NCBI GenBank assembly: GCA_002723415.1
Contig: PBOA01000005.1
Location: 4,842 to 68,841, forward strand
Origin: Chloroflexota bacterium
GTDB lineage: Bacteria; Chloroflexota; Dehalococcoidia; Lucifugimonadales; GCA-002723415
Direction of reading: 5' to 3'
DNA length: 64,000 nucleotides
Below, piece by piece: positions 55,884 through 64,000 of the stretch. The notes beneath the pieces are model-generated. The model had not been told where the DNA came from. It ran no database searches and saw nothing but the letters and a program-made list of their open reading frames with translations. How positions within the stretch are numbered: the stretch's first letter is position 1; the number at the start of each line of letters is the position of its first letter. Position numbers and translations under genes: made by a program.

Positions 55884-56165
55884 ATGGCTCATGTATTTAT
55901 TCCTTCTTTAATGCAAAAAATAACTAATGGTATTTCAGAAATTGAAATTGAAGGACAAAATGTGAGGCAAATAATAGATAATTTAGACACAAAATTTCCT
56001 GGTATTAAAGAAAAATTAGTTGAACATAAAGGTCCAATACCCAAATTAAAGTCTAGTATTTCTGTAGCAGTTGATGGAGAAATCAGCAATATAGGTTTAA
56101 TACAAAAAATTTCTGTTGATTCCGAAATACACTTTTTACCAGCTATTGCCGGTGGGAGAGATTAA
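55884..56165 (+). CDS. MoaD/ThiS-family ubiquitin-like protein ending GG-RD
   Basis: About 93 aa from ATG 55884, 6 nt after GGAG; the track start is TTG 55872. Beta-grasp-like length and pattern. The C-terminus reads '...LPAIAGGRD', i.e. two residues follow the diglycine. Confidence 0.6.
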   Translation: MAHVFIPSLMQKITNGISEIEIEGQNVRQIIDNLDTKFPGIKEKLVEHKGPIPKLKSSISVAVDGEISNIGLIQKISVDSEIHFLPAIAGGRD

Positions 56166-56167
56166 TT

Positions 56168-56446
56168 TTAGATTTTTAATCCCATTTTTTCGCCTTTATT
56201 TAATGATTTTAAAATAGTATGTATTAAATCTTTTGCAGATTTAGGGGTCAACTCAATAGCAATTCGTTTATTTTCTTTTGAATGATCTTCTATAAAATCA
56301 ATATTAATTGAATAGTCTTGATGTAAATGGGTTGGGTGATCAAAAGACACATTAGCTTGAGAGAACTTAAACCAACCTTTATTTCCTTTACCACTACCTT
56401 GAACTTTAGTCTTTTCTATAATCATTGTACACATATTTTTCTCCAT
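56168..56446 (-). CDS. hypothetical protein
   Basis: 92-aa ORF, 15 nt downstream of the dienelactone hydrolase gene on the same strand. No motif recognised with confidence. Confidence 0.4.
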   Translation of the reverse strand: MEKNMCTMIIEKTKVQGSGKGNKGWFKFSQANVSFDHPTHLHQDYSINIDFIEDHSKENKRIAIELTPKSAKDLIHTILKSLNKGEKMGLKI

Positions 56447-56461
56447 TTATAATATAATTAA

Positions 56462-57214
56462 TCATAGTTTTCTTTCAAGAAAATCAAATATTTTTTCCCA
56501 ACCATCTTGGCAAGCTTCAGGTCTGTATACGGGTTTGTCATAATAAAAAAATCCGTGTCCTGCAGATTCATACATATGGAATTCATAGGATTTGTTATGT
56601 TTTTTTAATTCTTCTTCATGTATATGAACTTGTTCTGGAGTGGGACTTTCATCTTCAGCCCCAAAAAGTCCAAGTATTGGGCAAGTTAAATCTTTTGTAT
56701 AGTCAAGAGGCGAAACTGGTTGTTTATCACTTAATTCTTCTTTTTGCATAACTACTCTTCCTCCCCAGCATTCAATTACAGCATCAAATCCTTTTACTGT
56801 ACACCCAGCAAGAAATGCCTGCCTTCCGCCAGAACATGTTCCAAATACTGCAACTTTACCATTAGAATATGGAAGGTTTTTTATATATTGCATTGCTTTT
56901 GTAACATCTCCAATTACTTGCGAATCAGGAACTCCCCCTTGAGCCCTGACTTTTGCAGCTATATCATCAGGTTCACCATGTCCATCGCGAAAATATAAAT
57001 TAGGTGATATTGAAGCAAATCCGTGATGTGCAAATTTTCTTGTTGTTTCTTTGTACCATTCATCCCATCCAGGTAAATGATGAATTAAAACAACACCTGG
57101 GACTGGTTTTGTATTTAAAGGTCTAGCAAAATATGCATTTATTTCATCGTTATTATGACCAGTCAAACTAATTGTTTCAGCTAGCATTCCTTCATAATTA
57201 TTTGTTATATACAT
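56462..57214 (-). CDS. dienelactone hydrolase family protein
   Basis: 250 aa of the alpha/beta hydrolase type, with a Cys nucleophile elbow 'FGTCSGG' and a C-terminal 'AGHGF'. Confidence 0.75.
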   Translation of the reverse strand: MYITNNYEGMLAETISLTGHNNDEINAYFARPLNTKPVPGVVLIHHLPGWDEWYKETTRKFAHHGFASISPNLYFRDGHGEPDDIAAKVRAQGGVPDSQVIGDVTKAMQYIKNLPYSNGKVAVFGTCSGGRQAFLAGCTVKGFDAVIECWGGRVVMQKEELSDKQPVSPLDYTKDLTCPILGLFGAEDESPTPEQVHIHEEELKKHNKSYEFHMYESAGHGFFYYDKPVYRPEACQDGWEKIFDFLERKL

Positions 57215-57249
57215 TTGTTTCTCCTATTAATTTATACATTAACATAATC

Positions 57250-58092
57250 TTATAAATTCATTACGAATTTAGGTTTTAATTCATTATCAAGTTCTTGCAA
57301 TTTATTTAATGACATTAGATTATTTATTAACACTGAATCTATTCCAAAATTATTTGCACCTTTAATATCAGTCATTATTTGGTCTCCCAACATTACCATG
57401 TTTTTTGTTTGGTTTATATCAAAGGCCATTTTGAATAAATATTTATGAGGTTTTCCAATATAAGATAATTTATAATTTTTTGATTGAGGGAAATTAGATT
57501 TAATAGCTTCAGATATTATCACAGCTATACTTGCAGGCCCATAGGCCCATATATTTTGTTTAATGGGGAATATTACATCAGGGTTTAATAGAATAATATT
57601 TATAAATTCATTCTTTTTTATTTTATTAAAGACAGAATTTATAATTGAATTAATAGTTTTTGTAAATTGAAATCCTGATTGGTCACCTATAATAATCGAA
57701 TCAAAATCATCATGTGGTAAAACAGGTGTACCTCCTGCATTTTCTACATGTTGAATGGTATCATTTGTTCCTAATACGACACACCTGTTGTTTTCTAATG
57801 ATTGTGCTTTAAAAAATATTTTCAAAGCACATCCTGAGGTTATTATATTATTTTCATTAATATTCAAACCTAATTTATGGTATTTAGATGCAATATTTTT
57901 TGGTAATACGGACGCATCATTAGTCAGTACGTAAAAACTTTTTTTAGCGTCTATTATAGAGTTTATTAAGTTTTTTGATCCATTTACTAACCCAAATTCT
58001 CTAATCAATACGCCATAGCTATCTAATAAGACTACTGAATAATTACTAAGTATCTCTTTAATAGTTATAGATGGAATATGAATTGGATTCAT
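57250..58092 (-). CDS. HAD-superfamily hydrolase, subfamily IIA-like
   Basis: 280 aa with motif I 'VLLDSYGVL', 'VLTND' and 'MLGDQIMTDIKGA'. Confidence 0.7.
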   Translation of the reverse strand: MNPIHIPSITIKEILSNYSVVLLDSYGVLIREFGLVNGSKNLINSIIDAKKSFYVLTNDASVLPKNIASKYHKLGLNINENNIITSGCALKIFFKAQSLENNRCVVLGTNDTIQHVENAGGTPVLPHDDFDSIIIGDQSGFQFTKTINSIINSVFNKIKKNEFINIILLNPDVIFPIKQNIWAYGPASIAVIISEAIKSNFPQSKNYKLSYIGKPHKYLFKMAFDINQTKNMVMLGDQIMTDIKGANNFGIDSVLINNLMSLNKLQELDNELKPKFVMNL

Positions 58093-58145
58093 AAATTGAT
58101 AACTAATATCTAATTTATAAAATTAAATTTTTGTTATTAAATGTT

Positions 58146-58484
58146 TTACTCAGAAGTTTCAGTAAGTTCTGGGCTTGCAGTTTTTCCACCACGAGATTCA
58201 TAGCATTCACTACAATAAACAGGCCTATCTCCTCTAGGTCGAAAAGGAACTGTTGATTCTTTATTACAGTCTGCACATTCTATAGTATGCATTTCTCTAG
58301 GTCGTCTGTTCCCAAAGCCTCCACCTGAAGAGTTTCGGTTTGAGCGTCTTAATGCTCTGCATGTTCTACACCTTTTAGGGTCATTTTCATAACCTTTTTC
58401 AGCATGATAGCTTTGGTCTTCTGCGCTAAAAGTGAAACTTTCATTACACTCTACACAAGTTAATTCACGATCAGTAAATTCCAC
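58146..58484 (-). CDS. double zinc-ribbon protein with Arg/Gly/Ser-rich linker
   Basis: 112 aa (GTG start 7 nt after AGGAGGA). Two CxxC...CxxC modules ('CVEC...CRTC' and 'CADC...CSEC') are separated by 'RRSNRNSSGGGFGNRRPRE'. Confidence 0.6.
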   Translation of the reverse strand: MEFTDRELTCVECNESFTFSAEDQSYHAEKGYENDPKRCRTCRALRRSNRNSSGGGFGNRRPREMHTIECADCNKESTVPFRPRGDRPVYCSECYESRGGKTASPELTETSE

Positions 58485-58682
58485 GGGGGTATCCTCCTAA
58501 AACAATTTAATGTTTAATGTGTTTAATAAAAATAAAAAAATTTAATATCAAAAAATAAAAAAAATAAGTAGGTCTAAGAATAAGGGTGAAAATTAAATGG
58601 GGCATATAAAAGTATGATTGATAGAAGTAAATTATCCAAATTAAATTATAAATATTAAAATATTATACCACATTAATATAAT

Positions 58683-60134
58683 TTAGTCGATTTGATTTAA
58701 TTTGATAGCTTTTTTAGCAATACTTGATATCATTCCTTTAAATACAATTACGTGTATTGGAAATAAAATTTTCCAATATAGTATTCCTGCTATTTTATTG
58801 GTAAAAAATGAGGCTGTTTGCTTGATTAGTATTCCATTATCCTTAGAAAATAATTCAAATTTAAGAAAAGCCTTACCTGGAAGCTTCATTTCAGATTCTA
58901 GTTTTACCATTTGATTTGGTATTGAATCACAAACTCTCCACCAATCTAATGTGTCTCCGATTGTAAATGATTTATTATTTCTCCTTTCGCGTCTTAATCC
59001 TACACCACCAATTAATAAATCTATCCAGCCTCTAATTTTCCATAAGGTGTTAGCAAAATACCAGCCGTTTTTACCACCGATTAATAAAATTGGTTCAAAA
59101 GCCTTTTTCATATCTACTTGAATATATTTTTCTCTAACATCCATATATTTATATTTATACTTAATTGTTTTAGACATAGGCGAATAAGGAATAGCAGATG
59201 ATATAGAATCATTCCATCTAGATTTAATCGATTCGGTATTATTGTTTAATGACAAGATGATTGATTTTTCTACATTGATAGGTTTAATTGGGTATTGCAT
59301 GCTTGGTAAATGGTTACTTACTATGCTATCGGTAGTTAGACTGTCTATTAACTTTCTTCCAACTCTTGCATATACTGGAGTGACTAATCCAAGCCATAAA
59401 CTAGATAGTCGAGGAGTAAGTACTGGTACGGATATCATTAATCTTTTTACTCCAATGATTTTAGAATATATTTGCATTAATTTTTTATATGAAATAATAT
59501 CTGGTCCTCCAATTTGGACTACTTGAGTGTAATTGTATTTGTTGCTAATAGATGTAGTTAGATATGAAAGAACATCTTCAATCCATATAGGCTGAGACAA
59601 TGAAGAAACCCATTTAGGCGTTATCATTGCGGGTAATCGTTCAACAAGACTTTTCATTATTTCATATGAAATCCCCCCATCTCCTATAATGATTGAAGCT
59701 TGAAATTCAATACAAGGAATATTTGATGACCTTAATATTTCACCGACTTCATGTCTGCTTTCTAAGTGCTTAGAAAGATTTTTTTCTTTATTAATTCCTA
59801 ATCCCCCAAGGTAGATTATTTTTTTAATTTTAGATTTAGAAGCTTCTTTAATAAAATTTTCTGCACATTTTATTTCATATTTGTGAAAATCAGATTTTTC
59901 ACTTAATGAATGAACAAGATAATATGCTATATCAATATCTTTAAAAATATTGATTATTGACTTTTTATCTAATAAATCACCTTGAATTATTTTAGCATTG
60001 AAATTTTCAAACCTTTTTTGAATGTTTTTAGGTTTTCTTGCTAAACATTTAACAATATAATTGTTATTTTTAGCTAATTTCATTGTTAATCTTGACCCAA
60101 TATATCCACTGGCCCCTGTAATTAATATATTCAT
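58683..60134 (-). CDS. NAD(P)-binding SDR/NmrA-like protein with DUF2867-like C-terminal domain
   Basis: 483 aa with the N-terminal 'ILITGASGYIGSRL' Rossmann motif. The long C-terminal domain resembles DUF2867; that assignment is from memory. Confidence 0.6.
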   Translation of the reverse strand: MNILITGASGYIGSRLTMKLAKNNNYIVKCLARKPKNIQKRFENFNAKIIQGDLLDKKSIINIFKDIDIAYYLVHSLSEKSDFHKYEIKCAENFIKEASKSKIKKIIYLGGLGINKEKNLSKHLESRHEVGEILRSSNIPCIEFQASIIIGDGGISYEIMKSLVERLPAMITPKWVSSLSQPIWIEDVLSYLTTSISNKYNYTQVVQIGGPDIISYKKLMQIYSKIIGVKRLMISVPVLTPRLSSLWLGLVTPVYARVGRKLIDSLTTDSIVSNHLPSMQYPIKPINVEKSIILSLNNNTESIKSRWNDSISSAIPYSPMSKTIKYKYKYMDVREKYIQVDMKKAFEPILLIGGKNGWYFANTLWKIRGWIDLLIGGVGLRRERRNNKSFTIGDTLDWWRVCDSIPNQMVKLESEMKLPGKAFLKFELFSKDNGILIKQTASFFTNKIAGILYWKILFPIHVIVFKGMISSIAKKAIKLNQID

Positions 60135-60173
60135 AAGATATTCTCTAGTTTTATATTTTTTTATATTTAATTT

Positions 60174-60524
60174 TGGTGGAGACGGGGGAGGGTCGAACTC
60201 CCCGTCCAGAAGAATCCTTAGCTAGAATATCCTACAGGCTTAGTCGGAGTAAATATTCCCTAGTTGTACTGCACCGACTCAGCTAACAATTAGGTTTAGC
60301 CAAGAGTCTTTTACTCGCTTATTTGGCGTTTAGCGAATAGCACCTCGAATTATGGCGCCCATATATCTACTTCGAGGAGAGTTGATACAGGACGTAGCAG
60401 CGATCAGGCTGCTAGGGCTAAGTCTTGCTTGCCTTTTAAAATTTTGTCATCTTATTTGCGAGGTTAGATGACACCTCGGCCTGCAATCCTGCAAGAATTT
60501 CCCCTGTCGAACCCACGCGTCCCC
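60174..60524 (-). ncRNA. ssrA: transfer-messenger RNA (tmRNA, SsrA)
   Basis: On the minus strand the 5' end reads GGGGACGCGTGGGTTCGACAGGGG. The 3' end reads GGACGGGGAGTTCGACCCTCCCCCGTCTCCACCA, a tRNA-Ala-like acceptor/T-arm with encoded CCA. The internal tag ORF is ...GGC AAG CAA GAC TTA GCC CTA GCA GCC TGA (..GKQDLALAA*). The region is a GC-rich island in AT-rich DNA. Confidence 0.92.
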
Positions 60525-60532
60525 ATACTATG

Positions 60533-60541
60533 ATTATACCA
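60533..60541 (-). promoter_or_regulatory. candidate extended -10 promoter element for ssrA (TGgTATAAT)
   Basis: The minus strand reads CTGGTATAATCATAGTAT immediately before the GGGG 5' end of the tmRNA. No good -35 element is present. Confidence 0.3.
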
Positions 60542-60683
60542 GATTTTATAATTTAACTAATTTTTTTTATATTAGTTTGTAAAAATAATATAATTTGCTT
60601 GATTGAATATTTGGCATACTGTTAATATGGTTTATAGTTATAAATATTAACAATAAGGAAATTTTACTAAATTAGAGAATAAT

Positions 60684-63050
60684 ATGGCTGTAGAATTATT
60701 TAATAATCAATCAAAAATGGAATATGAAGATTTATTAGATATCCAAAATAAAATTTTGTGGATTGCGATGAGAATGATTGATTATGCAAATAATGAAAGA
60801 GAAAATATTGATGGGATTAAAGTTGGAGGCCATCAGGCTTCTAGTGCTTCTGTAGTTACTATATTGACATCTTTGTTTTTTGATTTTCTTGACCCTAGAG
60901 ATAAAATTTCTATCAAGCCTCATGCTTCTCCAGTGTTACATGCTATTCAATATTTACTGGGTAATTTAGATAAAAAATATTTATATAAATTAAGAGATTT
61001 TCATGGATTACAGGCATATCCCAGTAGAACTAAAGACCCAGACAGAGTGGACTTTTCTACTGGATCTGTTGGATTAGGTGCTGTAGGTCCAAACTTTGCG
61101 GCTTTAGTTAGTGAATACATTTCAGATCATTTCAAAGGGAATAACGATGGGCGTTTTGTGAGTGTTCTTGGTGATGCAGAATTAGATGAAGGAGTAATAT
61201 GGGAAGCAATAGCAGAACCAGCTATGGCAGATTTAAAAAATGTTTTATGGGTTGTTGATTTAAACAGGCAAAGCTTAGATAGAGTGGTCCCGGGAATTAG
61301 AATGTCTGCATGGAGAAAAATGTTTGAAGCCAATAATTGGCATGTAATTGAAGCTAAATATGGAAAAGAACTTCAAGCGGCTTTCGAACTTGATAAAGGA
61401 GAATTATTAAAAAATGCGATAGATGATATGCCGAACGAATTATATCAACGTCTTTTGCGAGTTTCAGGTGATGTTTTGCGTGAATGGATTCCAAAGACAA
61501 GCAAGTTTTCTAATGATTTAGAACATTTTATTAGTCAATGGGATGATGTACAGTTACAATCATTGTTTAGGAATTTAGGTGGGCATGATTTTCAGATGCT
61601 TAGAGAGTCATTTTTAGAAGCAGACTCTATTCAAGCACCAAAAGTAATATTTGCTTATACGTTGAAAGGTTGGAATTTACCTATCATTGGAGATCCTCAA
61701 AACCATTCTGCTATGTTAAATAGTAAACAGATGGATCAACTTAGAAATGATTTAAATATTGATACCGAAGATGATTGGCCTCTTATTCATAAAGATAGTA
61801 GATCCTATAGTATTTGTAAACAAATAGGGGAGTCATATAAACATTCTCAAATTCAGAAGACAAATTTGGATAAGCTCGAAATACCTAATTATTTTGAACA
61901 TGTATATCGTGGAAAAATGTCAACTCAACAGGCTTTTGGATTAGTCCTAACTGATATTTCTAGAATAAAAAATGATATTTCCAAACGAGTTGTTACAGTT
62001 AGTCCTGATGTTGCAAGCTCAACTAATTTAGGTGGCTGGATTAATAAAGTCAGTGTTTGGGCTAGAGGTGATAAAACTATTATGCCTCAGGAAATGGAAA
62101 AAAGAGCTTTAGATTGGCAAGAATCTGTAGATGGCAAACATATAGAATTAGGAATATCAGAGAATAATTTATTTATGATGTTAGGACAATTGGGTTTATC
62201 TTACGAGCTTGAAAATGAGATATTGTTTCCTATAGGTACAGTTTACGATCCTTTTGTTAGAAGAGGTTTAGATGCATTTTTTCAAGGAATTTATAGTGGG
62301 GCAAAATTTATAGTTGTAGGCACTCCTTCAGGGATTAGTTTGTCGCCTGAAGGTGGCGCGCATCAGAGTATTATTACTCCATCTATTGGGATTGAGTTGC
62401 CTGAAGTAGATTTTTATGAACCTTGTTTTGCTCAAGAATTAGAATGGATTATTCTTAGTGGTATGAGGAAAATTCTTGATAGAGATAAGTCTACATATTT
62501 GAGGTTAAGTACTAGAAGAATTGATCAATCACTTTTTACTTTGCCAGATAATAAAGATGATCAAGAACGTTTACGTAAGCAAGTTATTTCTGGTGCTTAT
62601 TTAATTATTGATCGTAGAAATGATACTAAATATGACGTTAATTCAAATGTTGTTAATATTTTTGCATCTGGAGTCATGGTTCCTGAGGCAATTTTAGCTA
62701 GTAATAGTTTATTGGAAGAAGGATTATTTGCAAATGTTATTAATGTTACAGGTGCTGGTCCATTATTCCGTAGTTTTGAATCATTTAATAAATCTATATT
62801 TAAAGGAGAGACTTCTGAATCATTTATGAGTAATATTTTACCTGATTATGATGCTAGAGTTCCTATTGTTTCAGTTGTGGACGGACATTCACATTCTTTG
62901 GCTTGGATCGGAGGAGCACTTAAAACTTCTATAATTTCTTTAGGAGTTAGTGAATTTGGTCAGTCGGGCTTGCCAAGGGATTTATATAAAGAAAATAATA
63001 TTGATTCAGAAAGTATTATCGAAGCATGTTTCACAGCTTTAGATAACTAA
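60684..63050 (+). CDS. pyruvate dehydrogenase E1 (AceE, homodimeric type)-like thiamine-diphosphate enzyme
   Basis: 788 aa with 'GGHQASSASVVTI' and the ThDP motif 'LGDAELDEGVIWEA...VVDLNRQSLD'. Transketolase-like middle and C-terminal domains. Shorter than typical AceE. No E2 or E3 gene adjacent. Confidence 0.7.
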   Translation: MAVELFNNQSKMEYEDLLDIQNKILWIAMRMIDYANNERENIDGIKVGGHQASSASVVTILTSLFFDFLDPRDKISIKPHASPVLHAIQYLLGNLDKKYLYKLRDFHGLQAYPSRTKDPDRVDFSTGSVGLGAVGPNFAALVSEYISDHFKGNNDGRFVSVLGDAELDEGVIWEAIAEPAMADLKNVLWVVDLNRQSLDRVVPGIRMSAWRKMFEANNWHVIEAKYGKELQAAFELDKGELLKNAIDDMPNELYQRLLRVSGDVLREWIPKTSKFSNDLEHFISQWDDVQLQSLFRNLGGHDFQMLRESFLEADSIQAPKVIFAYTLKGWNLPIIGDPQNHSAMLNSKQMDQLRNDLNIDTEDDWPLIHKDSRSYSICKQIGESYKHSQIQKTNLDKLEIPNYFEHVYRGKMSTQQAFGLVLTDISRIKNDISKRVVTVSPDVASSTNLGGWINKVSVWARGDKTIMPQEMEKRALDWQESVDGKHIELGISENNLFMMLGQLGLSYELENEILFPIGTVYDPFVRRGLDAFFQGIYSGAKFIVVGTPSGISLSPEGGAHQSIITPSIGIELPEVDFYEPCFAQELEWIILSGMRKILDRDKSTYLRLSTRRIDQSLFTLPDNKDDQERLRKQVISGAYLIIDRRNDTKYDVNSNVVNIFASGVMVPEAILASNSLLEEGLFANVINVTGAGPLFRSFESFNKSIFKGETSESFMSNILPDYDARVPIVSVVDGHSHSLAWIGGALKTSIISLGVSEFGQSGLPRDLYKENNIDSESIIEACFTALDN

Positions 63051-64000
63051 TCAGGAATATTTTGAGATTCTATTATCGTAATATTTTTTAGATCTGGTTT
63101 TTTAAGGAATATACTAAATAGTTTTCCAGATGAACCTATCCATGATCTTTCAGTAATCTTTGTTTTATCAATTAGAGGTTGATTATTTATTCGAAGCCTA
63201 GGTGTTTCTTTTGTGTTTTTTATTTCTATAGTATCTCTGTTAAATTTAAAATTAAGATTTTTAAGCTCAGGGATTTTTAATTCTTTACCTCGAATAATAT
63301 TTTTATAAATTAAATGGAGGAATTTATTCCTAGGTGTTTTAGAAAAATTAATGAGGAGTTCATTTTTATCGTTGTAAATATATCCATAAGGAGCATTTCT
63401 GATTTTAAAATTTATTAAAAATAGCAAACTTAGAATAAAAAACATTATTATTATTACTAATATAGTATTAATTAAACCTGTATTATCCGATGGGTTAACC
63501 TCAGAAGTATTGATAGTTTTATTAATATCAACAGGAGTATTAGGTATTATTTTTGATGTTACTGGAGTTGCAATTATAGGGGGGGGAACCTTTGGAGGTA
63601 TAGAGGAGATTAATATATAGTTAGACCTGTATCTGTGTTCTTCTCCTGAGTAATTTATATTCATATTGAAATTTACTGTATAAGTTCCTTCTCCATAAGG
63701 AGTAAAATATACATAAAACTTAGAAGCAGTATTTTCAGATAAGTTTTCAGGAATAATTTCTATTAAACCAGATTCTTCAATGTTTGAATTTATACCGAAT
63801 GAAATTTCATCAGTAGAAATACTATAAGGAATACCTTCAATGTTAATAAGTAATTCAGCTACTTTAATACGAGAATTTAATGAGAGATTTTCATTTTCAA
63901 GATTAGTAATATTAATTGCTGGAAATGGTTTTGTGATTATTTCAGACCGAGATGTGATTTTATGACCAGATTCAATCCAATTAATTTCTAAATCAACAAA
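63047..64000 (-). CDS. hypothetical single-pass membrane protein (5' end outside window)
   Basis: The frame stays open from 63664 up to the window edge, so the track Met is not the start. It has a Pro-rich segment 'PPKVPPPIIATPV', one TM helix 'LINTILVIIIMFFILSLLFLINF', and a ~110-aa C-terminal domain of unknown fold. Confidence 0.45.
   Translation of the reverse strand, partial: FVDLEINWIESGHKITSRSEIITKPFPAINITNLENENLSLNSRIKVAELLINIEGIPYSISTDEISFGINSNIEESGLIEIIPENLSENTASKFYVYFTPYGEGTYTVNFNMNINYSGEEHRYRSNYILISSIPPKVPPPIIATPVTSKIIPNTPVDINKTINTSEVNPSDNTGLINTILVIIIMFFILSLLFLINFKIRNAPYGYIYNDKNELLINFSKTPRNKFLHLIYKNIIRGKELKIPELKNLNFKFNRDTIEIKNTKETPRLRINNQPLIDKTKITERSWIGSSGKLFSIFLKKPDLKNITIIESQNIPD

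Noticed and set aside
60135-60683. Genomic island or integrative element at the tmRNA 3' end, which is a common integration hotspot.
   Set aside because: There is no integrase or transposase gene and no visible duplicated copy of the tmRNA 3' terminal sequence on either side. The flanking genes look like ordinary chromosomal genes.
50597-61333. Antisense short ORFs opposite pcrA, the DAHP synthase 5' end, the MoaD-like gene, the DLH gene, the SDR gene and the E1 gene: 50597-50962, 52807-52998, 55889-56089, 56744-56998, 58702-58914, 59242-59526, 60735-60923 and 61127-61333.
   Set aside because: Same reasoning: they are nested antisense to confidently assigned genes and have low-complexity translations.
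63047-63400. C-terminal domain of the partial membrane protein considered as an FHA domain.
   Set aside because: The diagnostic FHA residues (the GR...SR.H...S.NG pattern) are not present. Only a vague 'RLRINNQPL' similarity exists.
1-64000. Scan for CRISPR arrays, rRNA/tRNA genes, IS elements, toxin-antitoxin pairs or known defence-system hallmarks.
   Set aside because: No regularly spaced direct repeats were seen. The only GC-rich structured islands are the TPP riboswitch and the tmRNA. There are no transposase, integrase or nuclease/ATPase defence-type ORFs. This visual scan cannot exclude short or degenerate repeats.

Overview
Visibly AT-rich, extremely gene-dense bacterial chromosome segment. 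Intergenic spacers are short or negative, and many gene junctions are coupled (ATGA / TAATG / GTGA type). This fits a streamlined, free-living, probably marine bacterium. Three things hint at a Terrabacteria / Chloroflexota-like lineage, as inference only: S12 carries the Firmicutes/Chloroflexi-type insertion, the rplQ-truA-rplM-rpsI arrangement is present, and there is an Alternative Complex III operon.

Content in order:
(1) panC-panB plus a Rossmann/DUF2520-like putative ketopantoate reductase (minus strand).
(2) A TPP riboswitch followed by thiD-thiO-thiS-thiG-tenA-thiE.
(3) A small accessory patch: ornithine-cyclodeaminase family, MBL-fold hydrolase, DUF1800-like protein, NHL beta-propeller.
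(4) A minus-strand housekeeping run: xth, pepP, rluD, lspA, MFS transporter, threonine-aldolase-like PLP enzyme. Then thrC and a class-I aminotransferase.
(5) A contiguous ~20 kb str-S10-spc-alpha-L13/S9 ribosomal super-operon running from rpsL to rpsI. It includes fusA, secY, adk, map, infA, rpmJ, rpoA and truA, sits behind a near-consensus sigma70 promoter, and lacks tuf.
(6) A BNR/sialidase-like protein.
(7) An eight-gene Alternative Complex III (ACIII) cluster.
(8) pcrA, a JAMM/MPN metalloprotease, DAHP synthase, a hotdog thioesterase, CoxM/CoxS-like subunits without a large subunit, and a MoaD/ThiS-like protein ending GG-RD.
(9) A minus-strand group: 92-aa ORF, dienelactone hydrolase, HAD-IIA hydrolase, double zinc-ribbon protein, and SDR+DUF2867-like protein.
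(10) tmRNA (ssrA).
(11) An AceE-like ThDP E1 enzyme and a partial membrane protein that runs off the window.

I found no CRISPR array, transposase or integrase, rRNA or tRNA gene, or recognisable defence system. The most interesting points are:
- The rearranged ACIII operon with a split ActB.
- Two conserved genes (truA and a threonine-aldolase-like gene) whose essential N-terminal regions lie upstream of any ATG/GTG/TTG codon. This implies ATT/ATA initiation.
- A lysine-rich ~80-aa N-terminal extension on ribosomal protein L5.
- A possible ubiquitin-like sulfur-carrier plus JAMM processing pair.

All functional calls come from reading the translations by eye; no database search was run.
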